The notes below the pieces were generated by a model. It made no database searches, was not told the origin of the DNA, and saw only the letters and a list, made by a program, of their open reading frames with translations. The position numbers were made by a program, and so were the translations under genes. Source: Candidatus Latescibacterota bacterium (lineage in GTDB: Bacteria > Latescibacterota > UBA2968 > UBA8231). From it: a DNA stretch of 64,000 nucleotides. Of the stretch, positions 1-9,397 are shown piece after piece (the stretch's first letter is position 1; the number at the start of each line of letters is the position of its first letter). The stretch covers positions 1,088,001 through 1,152,000 of the forward strand of contig CBDCSU010000006.1 of the NCBI GenBank assembly GCA_965221775.1, read 5' to 3'.

Positions 1-371
1 TGCTGGTAGTGGTAGCCGTAGTCCTGGTGATACTGCCAGCCCCCGGTGCGGGGGTCCTTCAGCATCTGAAGCTGATAGTAGTAGCGCACGCGATCGCCGA
101 ACAACTGCTCCAGGGGCTCGACGATGCGGCGGCTGCGGGCCAGGGCGCTGTAGGCGTCTTCGCCGAGGGCCGGGCGGTAGGCCAGGCGGGTGTCGAGTCC
201 CTCGCCCTCGTAGTTCTGGTTGCCCTTGGCGTCGGCGGAGAGCTGCGGGTCCCGGCGGGCGATCTCCAGGACCCGCGCCACGAGTCGGGGGTCGAGTTGG
301 TCCTCCAGGATGAGGTAGCCGTCGTCCTCGAACCGGCGGATCCGTGCGGCGCTCAGGGTGGAAACGCTCAT
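1..371 (-). CDS. Phytanoyl-CoA dioxygenase (PhyH) family protein, 3' end runs off window
   Basis: Own translation from ATG at 371: MSVSTLSAARIRRFEDDGYLILED...MLKDPRTGGWQYHQDYGY; FxxDGY and HxD motifs. Confidence 0.8.
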   Translation of the reverse strand, partial: MSVSTLSAARIRRFEDDGYLILEDQLDPRLVARVLEIARRDPQLSADAKGNQNYEGEGLDTRLAYRPALGEDAYSALARSRRIVEPLEQLFGDRVRYYYQLQMLKDPRTGGWQYHQDYGYHYQ

Positions 372-392
372 GCTTTCCTCGGAAATTATGGA

Positions 393-430
393 TTGACAAC
401 TGATGAAATTTACGTTAATTCGTTCAGTTA
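393..430 (+). promoter_or_regulatory. Putative sigma70 promoter with imperfect inverted repeat upstream of ATPase gene
   Basis: TTGACA at 393-398 in an AT-rich patch; AACTGA...TCAGTT dyad; -10 is weak. Confidence 0.4.
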
Positions 431-1579
431 ATGAACGGATATTCCTATATACCCCAGGCGCAGATGGCACGCCTCAAAGGTCTGGTCGCTCCCGGAAAGG
501 TCGTGGTGGTCTACGGCCCCAGGAGGGTCGGGAAGACCACCCTCATCCGGCGCTATGCTCAACAGTACGACCCGGAGGCCCTGGTGGTGACCGGCGAGGA
601 CATCTCGGTGCGCGAGTACCTGGAGAGCCAGTCCCTGTCCAGGCTGAAGGCTTTTGTCGGCCGGCGGCGCACACTGATCGTGGACGAGGCCCAGTACGTG
701 CGGCACGTGGGGTTGAATCTGAAGCTCCTGGCCGATCACGTGGAGGATCTCCGCATCATCGCCACGGGCTCGTCGTCCTTCGATCTCGCCCAGCAGACCG
801 GCGAGCCCCTGACGGGCCGCAAGTACACCCTGCTGCTCCTGCCCCTCGCGCAGATGGAGCTCCAGGGAGTGGAGGAAGCCCATGAGACGAAGGCCCAGCT
901 CGAGCTGCGGCTGATCTACGGATCGTATCCCGAGGTCGTCCTCATGGAATCGAACGAAGACCGCGAGCTCTACATCAAGGAGCTTGTCGCTTCCTATCTC
1001 CTCAAAGACATCCTCCAGCTCGAAGGCGTCCGGCATGCCGCCAAGCTGCAGCGCCTGCTGCAGCTGCTGGCCTTCCAGGTCGGCCGGGAAGTCTCGGTGC
1101 CGGAACTGGGGACCCACCTCGGCATGACCCGGAACACGGTCGATCGCTATCTCGACCTGCTGGAGAAGGCCTATGTCGTCTACAGCCGGCACGGCTTCAG
1201 CCGCAATCTCCGCAAGGAGATCAGCAAGAGCCGCCGCTACTACTTCTACGACAACGGCCTCCGCAACGGACTGATCAGCAACTTCAACCCCCTGTCCCTG
1301 CGGCAGGACACGGGCGCCCTGTGGGAGAACTACATCCTCGCCGAGCGGCTGAAACACAACCTGTACACGGGGCGCCTGGCCGAGAGCCGCTTCTGGCGCA
1401 CCTACGACCAGCAGGAGATCGACCTGGTCGAGGAGTGGGGCGGACGCCTCGAGGCGGCGGAGATGAAGTGGTCCACCCGGGCCGGGGTCCGCGCCCCCGG
1501 CGGTTGGCGAAAAGCCTATCCCGACGGCTCCTTCCAGGTGGTTCACCCGGGGAACTACCTCGACTTCATCACCGGCTGA
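431..1579 (+). CDS. AAA_14 ATPase with DUF4143 and C-terminal PD-(D/E)XK-like domain
   Basis: Walker A GPRRVGKTT, Walker B LIVDEAQ, ATGSSS, GSYPE, YFYDNG, EIDLV...AEMK. Confidence 0.85.
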   Translation: MNGYSYIPQAQMARLKGLVAPGKVVVVYGPRRVGKTTLIRRYAQQYDPEALVVTGEDISVREYLESQSLSRLKAFVGRRRTLIVDEAQYVRHVGLNLKLLADHVEDLRIIATGSSSFDLAQQTGEPLTGRKYTLLLLPLAQMELQGVEEAHETKAQLELRLIYGSYPEVVLMESNEDRELYIKELVASYLLKDILQLEGVRHAAKLQRLLQLLAFQVGREVSVPELGTHLGMTRNTVDRYLDLLEKAYVVYSRHGFSRNLRKEISKSRRYYFYDNGLRNGLISNFNPLSLRQDTGALWENYILAERLKHNLYTGRLAESRFWRTYDQQEIDLVEEWGGRLEAAEMKWSTRAGVRAPGGWRKAYPDGSFQVVHPGNYLDFITG

Positions 1580-3185
1580 GTCGAGCCCAGTCGTTGCCCC
1601 AGAAGCCCCAGTCCAGGACCTCGCCCTCCGAGTAGACGAGGTAGTCGGGCAGCAGCTGCATGTCGAGGTGACTCCCCCAGCAGATGGCGTCGGGCGCCGT
1701 GCCGCCGTGAACCGCCACGTAGCGCCGCGGGTTGCGGGGGTGGGGGAAGAGGGCGAAGAGAGCGGTGCGCTCGCCGCGGTAGAGCTTGCCGGCCAGGTGC
1801 AGGGCGCCGTCCTCGAAGGCCAGGGGCAGGTGCCTGGCCAGCAGCCCGAGCACCGCGTTGCTGGAGGGGGTTCCGTAGAGCAGCAGGTTGTGGCCGTTGC
1901 GGTCCTCGTCGCTCAGGTCCTCGTCCCGGACGATGGGGAGATCGACCGTGTTCTGGCCCATGATGCCGCCGCGGTGAACGCCGCCGTTGCGGCTGCGGAA
2001 GTACGCCGCGGCGTGGCCGGCCATCCAGTTGTTGAAGAAGCTCTCCTCCTCCGAGCCGGAGGTCCCGGGGACCAGCAGCAGGCCGTCGAAGAACAGGTCG
2101 CCCATGGGGCCGGAGCACCCGTGCCGCTTCTGGCTCAGCGGCTCGGCCCCCCTCTCCCAGGCGCCGTCCGGGCGGCGGCGGAAGGACTGGCGGCGCCCCG
2201 GGTCGAGGCCGCCAAGATCCTGGCCGTCGACGACCAGTTCCAGGGCAGCTCCCGCCTCCAGGGGCCCCAGGGACAGGGCGCGGACCCCCTCCGTGCTCAC
2301 CGTCAGGCGATCCCCGGACCGGCGGGCGTCCACCTCGCCGGGCGACTCGCAGCCGGCGAGCTGATCGATCTCCACCCAGTGGCAGCGGTTGTGGCGCAGG
2401 GTGTGGGCGACCAGGGAGACGTGGGCGGGAGACTCCGGCTTGCGCTGGTCCAGCAGCCACGGGATCACCCGCTTCCAGATCTCCGGCGTGCGGCAGTCGT
2501 GGCCGGTGGCGGGCACCTCGGTGTAGGTGTGGGGAAACCCTCGCTCCGCCAGCAGCTCCGCCATCTGGCGCGAGTGCGCCACGGGCACGCCGCCGCCCAC
2601 GGCCCGGTCCCACTCCCCGTGGACGATCCACAGCGGCGTGTGCCGCAGGTTGTCCACCAGGAAGGCCGCCGAGCGCGACTGCCACGACGCCTCCTCCCAC
2701 GGCTGCATGGGGAAGGCGAGGCCCCCGGGCTTCTCCCAGAGGCGATAGTCGCAGTAGCCGCAGAACGGCGCCGCCGCCGCGAAGAGGCCGGGATAGTGGG
2801 AGACCAGGTACCAGACGGCGGCCCCTCCCATGGAGGCGCCGGTGATGCTGATGCGCGCCCGGTCGATGGCGTGGTGGGCGGCGACATGCTCGATCGCCTC
2901 GAGGACGTCGACCTCGCCGTAGTTCTGGTAGACGGAGCCGGGGCCGCGTCCCGTGGGCCGCAGGACGACGCAGGACCGTCCCGCCCCGGCGGCGATGGCG
3001 GTCATCTCCTCGGTGAGGGCCACGGCCCCGGGCAGGTCGCTCATGGCGCCGGGGCTGACCTCGATGAGCAGCGGCTTGGGCTGCGGACCCGTATCGGTGG
3101 CGCAGACGGCGCAGGGGTGGAGCCGGCCGTCGACGGGGGAGCGGAAGTACTGGAGTTGGCCGGCGGGGGATCTCATGGGCGCCAT
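1569..3185 (-). CDS. Alpha/beta-hydrolase (prolyl oligopeptidase-like esterase/peptidase)
   Basis: Nucleophile elbow GASMGG, HGEWD, GH; GC-typical codon usage. Confidence 0.75.
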   Translation of the reverse strand: MAPMRSPAGQLQYFRSPVDGRLHPCAVCATDTGPQPKPLLIEVSPGAMSDLPGAVALTEEMTAIAAGAGRSCVVLRPTGRGPGSVYQNYGEVDVLEAIEHVAAHHAIDRARISITGASMGGAAVWYLVSHYPGLFAAAAPFCGYCDYRLWEKPGGLAFPMQPWEEASWQSRSAAFLVDNLRHTPLWIVHGEWDRAVGGGVPVAHSRQMAELLAERGFPHTYTEVPATGHDCRTPEIWKRVIPWLLDQRKPESPAHVSLVAHTLRHNRCHWVEIDQLAGCESPGEVDARRSGDRLTVSTEGVRALSLGPLEAGAALELVVDGQDLGGLDPGRRQSFRRRPDGAWERGAEPLSQKRHGCSGPMGDLFFDGLLLVPGTSGSEEESFFNNWMAGHAAAYFRSRNGGVHRGGIMGQNTVDLPIVRDEDLSDEDRNGHNLLLYGTPSSNAVLGLLARHLPLAFEDGALHLAGKLYRGERTALFALFPHPRNPRRYVAVHGGTAPDAICWGSHLDMQLLPDYLVYSEGEVLDWGFWGNDWARLSR

Positions 3186-3781
3186 CCTTGCTTCGTCACG
3201 ATCTGCGTGAGGTCACGCAGCGAAGAGTAGTCTGCAATCGTCTGGGCCAGCCGATGGACGGCCTGATCCATCCGGAATCTCTTCTGTCGCCTCCCGGGAA
3301 GGCCATTGGCCGCCCTGAGCAGATCATGCAGAGTCTTCTTGGAATCGGGCAGTCCTTCCAGTTGCTGTAACGCCGGCATCGAGAGTGGGACGGATCCACG
3401 TGGATTCCCCGCGGCGCTCCGCAGCGCGGCCTCGTCGATCAGCAACCACGCCTCTGTCATGCGCTCCGGCACCACGGCCACGGTGCGATTTCGATCCCAG
3501 GTCTCCACCGCGGCCACCGCATTCTCGATCTCCGCCAGGCGCCGTTCCTGCGGCTCGGACTCCGCATCACGGTGCACGAAAAGCAGATCGCACGGAAACA
3601 GCCTGACGGCCTGGGCCACTCGAGCCGCCAACGGCCTGGGAGGGGGACTCAAGCGTCTGAGGTCGGCCCAGTCGATGTTGACCGCAGAGGGAACCTGCTG
3701 CCGCAGAACCCACTGCAGGACCGGGATCAGGGCCCGGTCGCTCGGGCCATCGGTCAGGAGCGTACAGCGGAGTTCCTTCAA
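3173..3781 (-). CDS. DUF4276-like (TOPRIM-like) protein
   Basis: LLTDGPSD, LFVHRDAE, PERMTEAWLLID motifs; 4-nt overlap with upstream ATPase. Confidence 0.65.
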   Translation of the reverse strand: MKELRCTLLTDGPSDRALIPVLQWVLRQQVPSAVNIDWADLRRLSPPPRPLAARVAQAVRLFPCDLLFVHRDAESEPQERRLAEIENAVAAVETWDRNRTVAVVPERMTEAWLLIDEAALRSAAGNPRGSVPLSMPALQQLEGLPDSKKTLHDLLRAANGLPGRRQKRFRMDQAVHRLAQTIADYSSLRDLTQIVTKQGWRP

Positions 3782-5265
3782 CCCGCGTGCCCGTCGAAGG
3801 GCAGTAGCGTCTGCACGTCGTGGCGGTCTACTACCCTGGGCGATCCCCCCGGCCCGTCACCTGCGTGCGCTGCCTTCGAGAGCACCGGATTCAGGTAGGA
3901 CAGCAGCTTTCCGAGCGAGACCTCTCCCCCACCGTCTTCCCCGGCTCTCCAGGTGCCGGGAAGGCAGGAGCAAGAGAGTCTGTCGAACCGCGCTCCGCCT
4001 TTGGCCATCTCCTTGGACTCGGCCACCAGAAGGCTGTCTTCGGGGACCTGGGACACGACGGCCGGTGAATGGGTGTTGACGATCACCTGCCGCAGCGGGT
4101 TGTCGTCGCCCACCGGCTCATTCGTGTCCGTGGCGATGTCCTGAAGCAGGGACAGCATCGCTGGAATCCGCTCGGGGTGAATCCCGTTCTCCGGCTCCTC
4201 CAGGCAGAGCACTCCCCGGCATTGCGGGTCCACCTCCAGCACCGACAGCGCCAGGAAGCGCAGGGTGCCGTCCGACAGGGCCCGGGCCGGATGCTCGGTC
4301 CCGTCCCGCATGCGCACGCTGACCGTGAGCAGCTCCCGCCGTTCGTCCCGGTCGACCCGCAACTCGGCCACGTCCTCGACCAACTCCGAGAGCCGGTTGG
4401 CGACCTGGCCGTGGACCCTGGCTTCCCTCTCCTCGCGGCCGTTCCCACGCTCCAGGCTCTCTTCCCGGCCGAGTCTGTAGAGCGTCGCCGCGAGATGAGA
4501 CCCGTCCGAACCCAGTTCGTCCGGGTCGTTGAAGGAGTCGGGCTTTCGCATCGCCGAAGGCTCGAGCTGCAGGAGCCGCCAGGACTCCATCTCCCGGCGC
4601 GCGACAAGGGCCGTGGGACTCTCGGCCGTAGTCGACGACAGCACGGTTCTCGGCAGACTGGCTGCCGGGAAAGGGACCTGCCTGCCCCGGCTGCCGCCGT
4701 CTTGGTGCAGGCGGATGACCGGCTGTCCTCCGCGACTCTCCGTGGAGATGAAGGGTGGCTGCCGCTTGCCGTGCAGCACACTGTCCCTCCACTTCGACTT
4801 GCTGTGGGGGAAGGACAGTTGTCTGGGGGCGGTCCCCTTGCGGATGTGTGTCAGCTCCTCATGCCGAATCTCCAGTTCCCGGCCACCGGCTCGACCGGAG
4901 TCCTGCCGAAGTCCCAAGACCAGCCTATAGCGCGCGAAGGTCATGGTCGCGAGGGCCTTCTGGCCCAGGTCGTCCATCGCTTCCCTGGGCAGCAGCATCT
5001 CCGCTTCCAGGGACATTTCCACGGCGTACCGCCCCAGGGTGCGATGAAAGAGGCTGCGCACGTCCGTCGACCTGGCGTCCTCGTCGCGCACCGACAGGGC
5101 GGCCTCGGCCAGGGTCATCGTCGAGAGATTGCTCAGAAACCGGATCGCGTCGAAGAGATTGGACTTGCCCACGCCATTGGGACCGGCCACGCACGTGAAG
5201 GGGCCGAAACGGACGTCCAGGTCCACCAGGTTCTTGAAACCGGAAACCTTGAATCTCGTCAGCAT
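3778..5265 (-). CDS. ABC-type (AAA_21) ATPase
   Basis: Start MLTRFKVSGFKN at 5265; Walker A GPNGVGKSN, signature LSDGTLR, Walker B LEEPENGIHP, H-loop NTHSP. Confidence 0.9.
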   Translation of the reverse strand: MLTRFKVSGFKNLVDLDVRFGPFTCVAGPNGVGKSNLFDAIRFLSNLSTMTLAEAALSVRDEDARSTDVRSLFHRTLGRYAVEMSLEAEMLLPREAMDDLGQKALATMTFARYRLVLGLRQDSGRAGGRELEIRHEELTHIRKGTAPRQLSFPHSKSKWRDSVLHGKRQPPFISTESRGGQPVIRLHQDGGSRGRQVPFPAASLPRTVLSSTTAESPTALVARREMESWRLLQLEPSAMRKPDSFNDPDELGSDGSHLAATLYRLGREESLERGNGREEREARVHGQVANRLSELVEDVAELRVDRDERRELLTVSVRMRDGTEHPARALSDGTLRFLALSVLEVDPQCRGVLCLEEPENGIHPERIPAMLSLLQDIATDTNEPVGDDNPLRQVIVNTHSPAVVSQVPEDSLLVAESKEMAKGGARFDRLSCSCLPGTWRAGEDGGGEVSLGKLLSYLNPVLSKAAHAGDGPGGSPRVVDRHDVQTLLPFDGHAG

Positions 5266-5376
5266 GTCAGCAGCTCCCTCGGCCCTCGCCGAATCTAGCC
5301 GACCCCTCCCACATCGGCAAAGCACCGCCGCCCTCCGCGTTGCCGGCCTTCCGCACCCGCCGTTACCTTCCGCCCC

Positions 5377-7191
5377 ATGACCAACCTCGGACAGTTCCTG
5401 GACCTGCTGCGGCGCGCGAAGGAGATCGTCGACGTGGAGGCGCCGGTCTCCTCCGACCTCGAGATCGCCGAGATCCACCGCCGGGTGATCGCCGCCGGGG
5501 GGCCGGCGCTGTTGTTCCGCAACGTCGAGGGGGCCGACTTCCCTTGCGTGACCAACCTCTTCGGCACGCCGCGCCGGGTGGAGCTGGCTTTCGGCCCGCG
5601 CCCGGGGCGGTTCCTGCGCGAGCTGGTCAGCCTCGCCCAGGACCTGCCCGACCTGTCGCCGGGCAAGCTGTGGTCCCGGCGGGAGCTGGCCCGGGAGGCG
5701 CTGCGGGTGGGCCTGAAGTCGGTGCGCTCCGCCCCCGTCACCGAGCGCCGCCAGGCGGAGCCCGACCTGACGCGGCTGCCCCTGCTCAAGACCTGGCCCG
5801 AGGACGGCGGCCACTTCGTCACCCTCCCCCTGGTCTACACCGAGCACCCCGGGACCGGCCACCACAACCTCGGCATGTACCGCATGCAGCGGTACGACGA
5901 GCGCACCCTCGGCGTGCACTGGCAGATACAGAAGGGGGGCGGCTTCCACTACCACGCCGCCGAGGGGGAGGGCCGGCCCCTGCCCCTCACCCTGCTGGTG
6001 GGCGGCCCCCCGGCGCTGATCCTGGCGGCGATCGGTCCGCTGCCCGAGAACGTGCCCGAGCTGGTGCTGGCCTCGCTGCTGCAGGGAGGCAAGGTCCGCC
6101 GCGCCCGCGTCGACGGCCACCCGCACCCGCTCCTGGCCGAGGCCGAGTTCGCCGTGCAGGGACACGTCCCGCCCCACGAGCGGCGGCCGGAGGGCCCCTT
6201 CGGCGACCACTTCGGCTACTACTCGCTGCGCCACGACTACCCCGTCCTGCGGGTGGAGCGCCTCTTCCACCGCCGCGACGCCGTCTTCCCCGCCACGGTG
6301 GTGGGCAAGCCGCCCCAGGAGGACCTGTGGCTCGGCAACTACATCCAGGAGCTGATGACGCCGCTGACCCGCCTCGTCATGCCTTCCATCCACTCCGTGT
6401 GGAGCTATGGCGAGACCGGCTACCACTGCCTGACCTCGATCGTGGTGGAGGAACGCTACAAGCGCGAGGCGATGAAGTTCGCCTTCCGCATCCTCGGCGA
6501 GGACGGCGGCCAGCTGGCGCTGACCAAGTTCCTCGTCGTCTACGACGGCCCGGGCGTCGACCAGACCGACTTCCGGCAGGTCCTGGCCCACGTGCTGGCC
6601 CGCTGCCGCTTCGAGACCGACCTCTTCGTCATCGCCAACCTCGCCATGGACACCCTCGACTACTCGGGTCCCGCCGTGAACGAGGGCAGCAAGGGGATCC
6701 TCCTCGGCATCGGCGATCCGGTGCGCGAGCTGCCGGGCGAGTTCAGCGGCGAGCTGCCCGCCGGCGCCCGCCAGGCGGCCGTCTACTGTCCCGGCGCCCT
6801 CGCCGTGGCCGGCCCCTCCTACGCCGAGGACCGGGACTACCCGCAACGCCTGGCGCGGGACCCGCGCGTTGCCTCATGGCCGCTGGTGTTCCTGGTCGAG
6901 GACACCGCCGTGGTCGAGCGCAACGTCGCCTTCCTGTGGAGCGCCTTCACCCGCTTCGAGCCGGCCGCCGACGTCCACGCCGCCGGCTCGCGGGTCCACC
7001 GCCACCACGAGGTCCTCACCCCGCCGGTGGTCTTCGACTGCCGCCTCAAGCCCGGCTTCCCGGAGGAGCTGTTCGTTGACGAGGAGACGCTGACGCGGGT
7101 GACGCGCCGCTGGCCGGAGTACTTCCCCGCCGGGAACGTGGAGGGCGAGGAGGACCGGCAGGGCTACGGCGGGTTCACGAGGATGGGGTGA
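5377..7191 (+). CDS. UbiD-family prFMN-dependent decarboxylase (likely menaquinone pathway type)
   Basis: NLGMYRMQ, EGPFGDHFGYY, GKPPQED, DTLDY motifs. Confidence 0.9.
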   Translation: MTNLGQFLDLLRRAKEIVDVEAPVSSDLEIAEIHRRVIAAGGPALLFRNVEGADFPCVTNLFGTPRRVELAFGPRPGRFLRELVSLAQDLPDLSPGKLWSRRELAREALRVGLKSVRSAPVTERRQAEPDLTRLPLLKTWPEDGGHFVTLPLVYTEHPGTGHHNLGMYRMQRYDERTLGVHWQIQKGGGFHYHAAEGEGRPLPLTLLVGGPPALILAAIGPLPENVPELVLASLLQGGKVRRARVDGHPHPLLAEAEFAVQGHVPPHERRPEGPFGDHFGYYSLRHDYPVLRVERLFHRRDAVFPATVVGKPPQEDLWLGNYIQELMTPLTRLVMPSIHSVWSYGETGYHCLTSIVVEERYKREAMKFAFRILGEDGGQLALTKFLVVYDGPGVDQTDFRQVLAHVLARCRFETDLFVIANLAMDTLDYSGPAVNEGSKGILLGIGDPVRELPGEFSGELPAGARQAAVYCPGALAVAGPSYAEDRDYPQRLARDPRVASWPLVFLVEDTAVVERNVAFLWSAFTRFEPAADVHAAGSRVHRHHEVLTPPVVFDCRLKPGFPEELFVDEETLTRVTRRWPEYFPAGNVEGEEDRQGYGGFTRMG

Positions 7192-7296
7192 TCGGAATTG
7201 ACATGTGCCCTGCAATCTTTCCGACTAGTTGGGTCGAGATTTGACCTAACTTGCATACGAGATGTGCGTCCGTAGATGCCAGCACTGGAAAACGCC

Positions 7297-7517
7297 TTGC
7301 AGACCACGATCCGAGACATTCCGGAGGACTTGGAGCAACGCGCTTCGACAACGGGCGCGCAGGTCGGGCGAGAGCCGCGGAAGCCGTGGGCCTGAACCCG
7401 CCCCCCAAGAAGAGGGACCTTTCCGCGCTGGCCGGCACCTGGAGCCAGGAGGAAGCGGACGAGTTCGATCGCCAGGTCCGCTGGTCTGAGCAGATCGATG
7501 CGGAGCCATGGCGATGA
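7297..7517 (+). pseudogene. Degraded FitA-like ribbon-helix-helix antitoxin
   Basis: LQTTIRDIPEDLE / NALRQRARRSGES / RDLSALAGTWSQEEADEFD...IDAEPWR lie in three different frames. Confidence 0.55.
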
Positions 7518-7559
7518 TCCCGTGCCGGCGCCCCGGTTGACCGCCATGGAGGAGATATC

Positions 7560-8561
7560 ATGTCCACACCCCTGAACGCCGCCGTCATCGGCTGCGGCGG
7601 CCACGCCCAGGGCCACTTCAGCATGATCGCCGAGGAGCCGCGCCTGCGGCTGGCCGGGGTCTGCGACCTCGACCCGGAGAGGCTGGCCCGGGCGGTGGAG
7701 GAGCACGGGCCGGTGCCCGGCTTCCAGGACTACCGCCAACTCCTGGACGAGGTCGAGCTCGATGTGGTCCACGTGGTTACCATGCCCGGCCACCTGTTGC
7801 CCATCGTCCTGGATGTGCTCGGCCGCGGCCTGCACGTCTCGGTGGAGAAGTCGCCGGGCATGACCTCGGAGGAGACGCGGCAGATGGCCGAGGCGGCGGC
7901 GGCTTCGGAGGGCAAGGCGATCGTCTCCCTCAACCGCCGCTACTACCCCGAGGTGCTGGCCGTGCGCCGGCTGGTGCAGGAGCGGGGCGGGGCCGTGCAC
8001 GTGGCCGCCACCTACAACAAGCCCCTGATCCGCATCGGCACGCCGGACGTGCCGGGGAGCCCGGACCCGCTGATCTGCGACGCCATCCACCACGTCGACC
8101 TGATCCGCTGGCTCGCCGGCGAGGGGATGACCGCGGCCCGGCCGGTCGCCGTCCACGGGGAGGTCGCCGACGGCGGGCGCACCACCGACCACCGCCACAA
8201 CGCCGTGGTCCGCTTCGACACCGGCGCCATCGGCGTGCTCATGAGCCACTACGGCGTCGGCTTTCGCATCCAGCGCGCCGAGGTCCACGCCGACGACCTG
8301 TCCGCCTACCTGGAGCTGACCCGGGGCCGGCAGGTGGAGCTGTACACGGCCGCCGACGCGGGCGACGGCACGACCCGCGGAGGGCCGGCCGCGGACGAGC
8401 TGGACCTGGAGCCGGTGGGCGGCCCCGACTTCAACGAGGTGAGCCACTTCACCGACTGCATCCTCGAGGACCGCCAGCCCTGGTCCACCCTCGACGACGC
8501 GGTCCTCACCATGCGCCTGTGCGAGGCGATCCGCGCCGGCCACCGGGGGCCGCTGCCTTGA
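7560..8561 (+). CDS. Gfo/Idh/MocA family oxidoreductase
   Basis: VIGCGG Rossmann motif, VEKSP, LNRRY, DAIHHVD; RBS GGAGGAG. Confidence 0.9.
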   Translation: MSTPLNAAVIGCGGHAQGHFSMIAEEPRLRLAGVCDLDPERLARAVEEHGPVPGFQDYRQLLDEVELDVVHVVTMPGHLLPIVLDVLGRGLHVSVEKSPGMTSEETRQMAEAAAASEGKAIVSLNRRYYPEVLAVRRLVQERGGAVHVAATYNKPLIRIGTPDVPGSPDPLICDAIHHVDLIRWLAGEGMTAARPVAVHGEVADGGRTTDHRHNAVVRFDTGAIGVLMSHYGVGFRIQRAEVHADDLSAYLELTRGRQVELYTAADAGDGTTRGGPAADELDLEPVGGPDFNEVSHFTDCILEDRQPWSTLDDAVLTMRLCEAIRAGHRGPLP

Positions 8562-9394
8562 AGCTCTCCCTGTCGACGCGGGTGGCCGAGAGCTTCTCCG
8601 ACAAGCGGCAGGCGGCGATGCCGCTGGCAGAGCTGGCCGGACTCGCCGCCGGTGAGGGCTACCAGGCGGTCTGCATGCGCGCCTCCCAGGTCGGGATCGA
8701 CTCCTCCCGCGAGGAGGTGGAGACGGCGCGGGAGCTGCTGGCCTCCCGCGGTCTCGGCGTCTCCATGGTCACCGGCGACTTCCCCATCCCCGAGAACTCC
8801 GACGAGGGCCCCGGATCGCTGCGCAACATCACCCCCTATCTGGACCTGGCCGACGGCCTCGACTGCGACCTGCTGCGGGTCTGCATGAAGACGGCCGACG
8901 ACATCGAGTGGGCCCGCCGCGCCGCCGACGAGTCCCGCGAGCGCGGCCTGCGGCTGGCCCACCAGTGCCACACCCGTTCCCTCTTCGAGACCGTCGACGA
9001 GTCGGTGCGGGTGCTGCGCGCCGTCGACCGGACCAACTTCGGCGTCACCTACGAGCCGGCGAACCTCGAGCTGTGCGGCCAGGACTACGGCGCGGCGACA
9101 CTCCAGGCCCTGGCACCCTGGATCTTCAACGTCTACCTGCAGAACCATCGCCTTCACGACGGCGGCGCCGACCGCATCGAGACCTGGTGCCGCGGCCCGG
9201 TCCCCTTCGACCAGATCCCGCTGTGGGAGGACGGCGGCATCGACTTCCCCCGGATCTTCGGGCAGCTCGCGGCCCTCGGCTACGACGGCTGGGTCACCGT
9301 CCACCAGGCCTCGGCCGCCCTCGGCGGCGCCGGGGAGGCCGCCCGCCGCAGCGCCGCCTACCTGCGCTCCATCGGCTCCTTCGACGCGGGCTGA
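8558..9394 (+). CDS. Sugar phosphate isomerase/epimerase (TIM barrel) family
   Basis: TTG start in TTGA overlap with upstream stop; GVTYEPAN, GGIDF, GYDGWVTV. Confidence 0.7.
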   Translation: MKLSLSTRVAESFSDKRQAAMPLAELAGLAAGEGYQAVCMRASQVGIDSSREEVETARELLASRGLGVSMVTGDFPIPENSDEGPGSLRNITPYLDLADGLDCDLLRVCMKTADDIEWARRAADESRERGLRLAHQCHTRSLFETVDESVRVLRAVDRTNFGVTYEPANLELCGQDYGAATLQALAPWIFNVYLQNHRLHDGGADRIETWCRGPVPFDQIPLWEDGGIDFPRIFGQLAALGYDGWVTVHQASAALGGAGEAARRSAAYLRSIGSFDAG

Positions 9395-9397
9395 CCC

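Noticed and set aside
5266-6846. N-terminal extension of the 1022-aa minus-strand ORF
   Set aside because: Antisense shadow of the UbiD gene; the real ATPase starts at 5265
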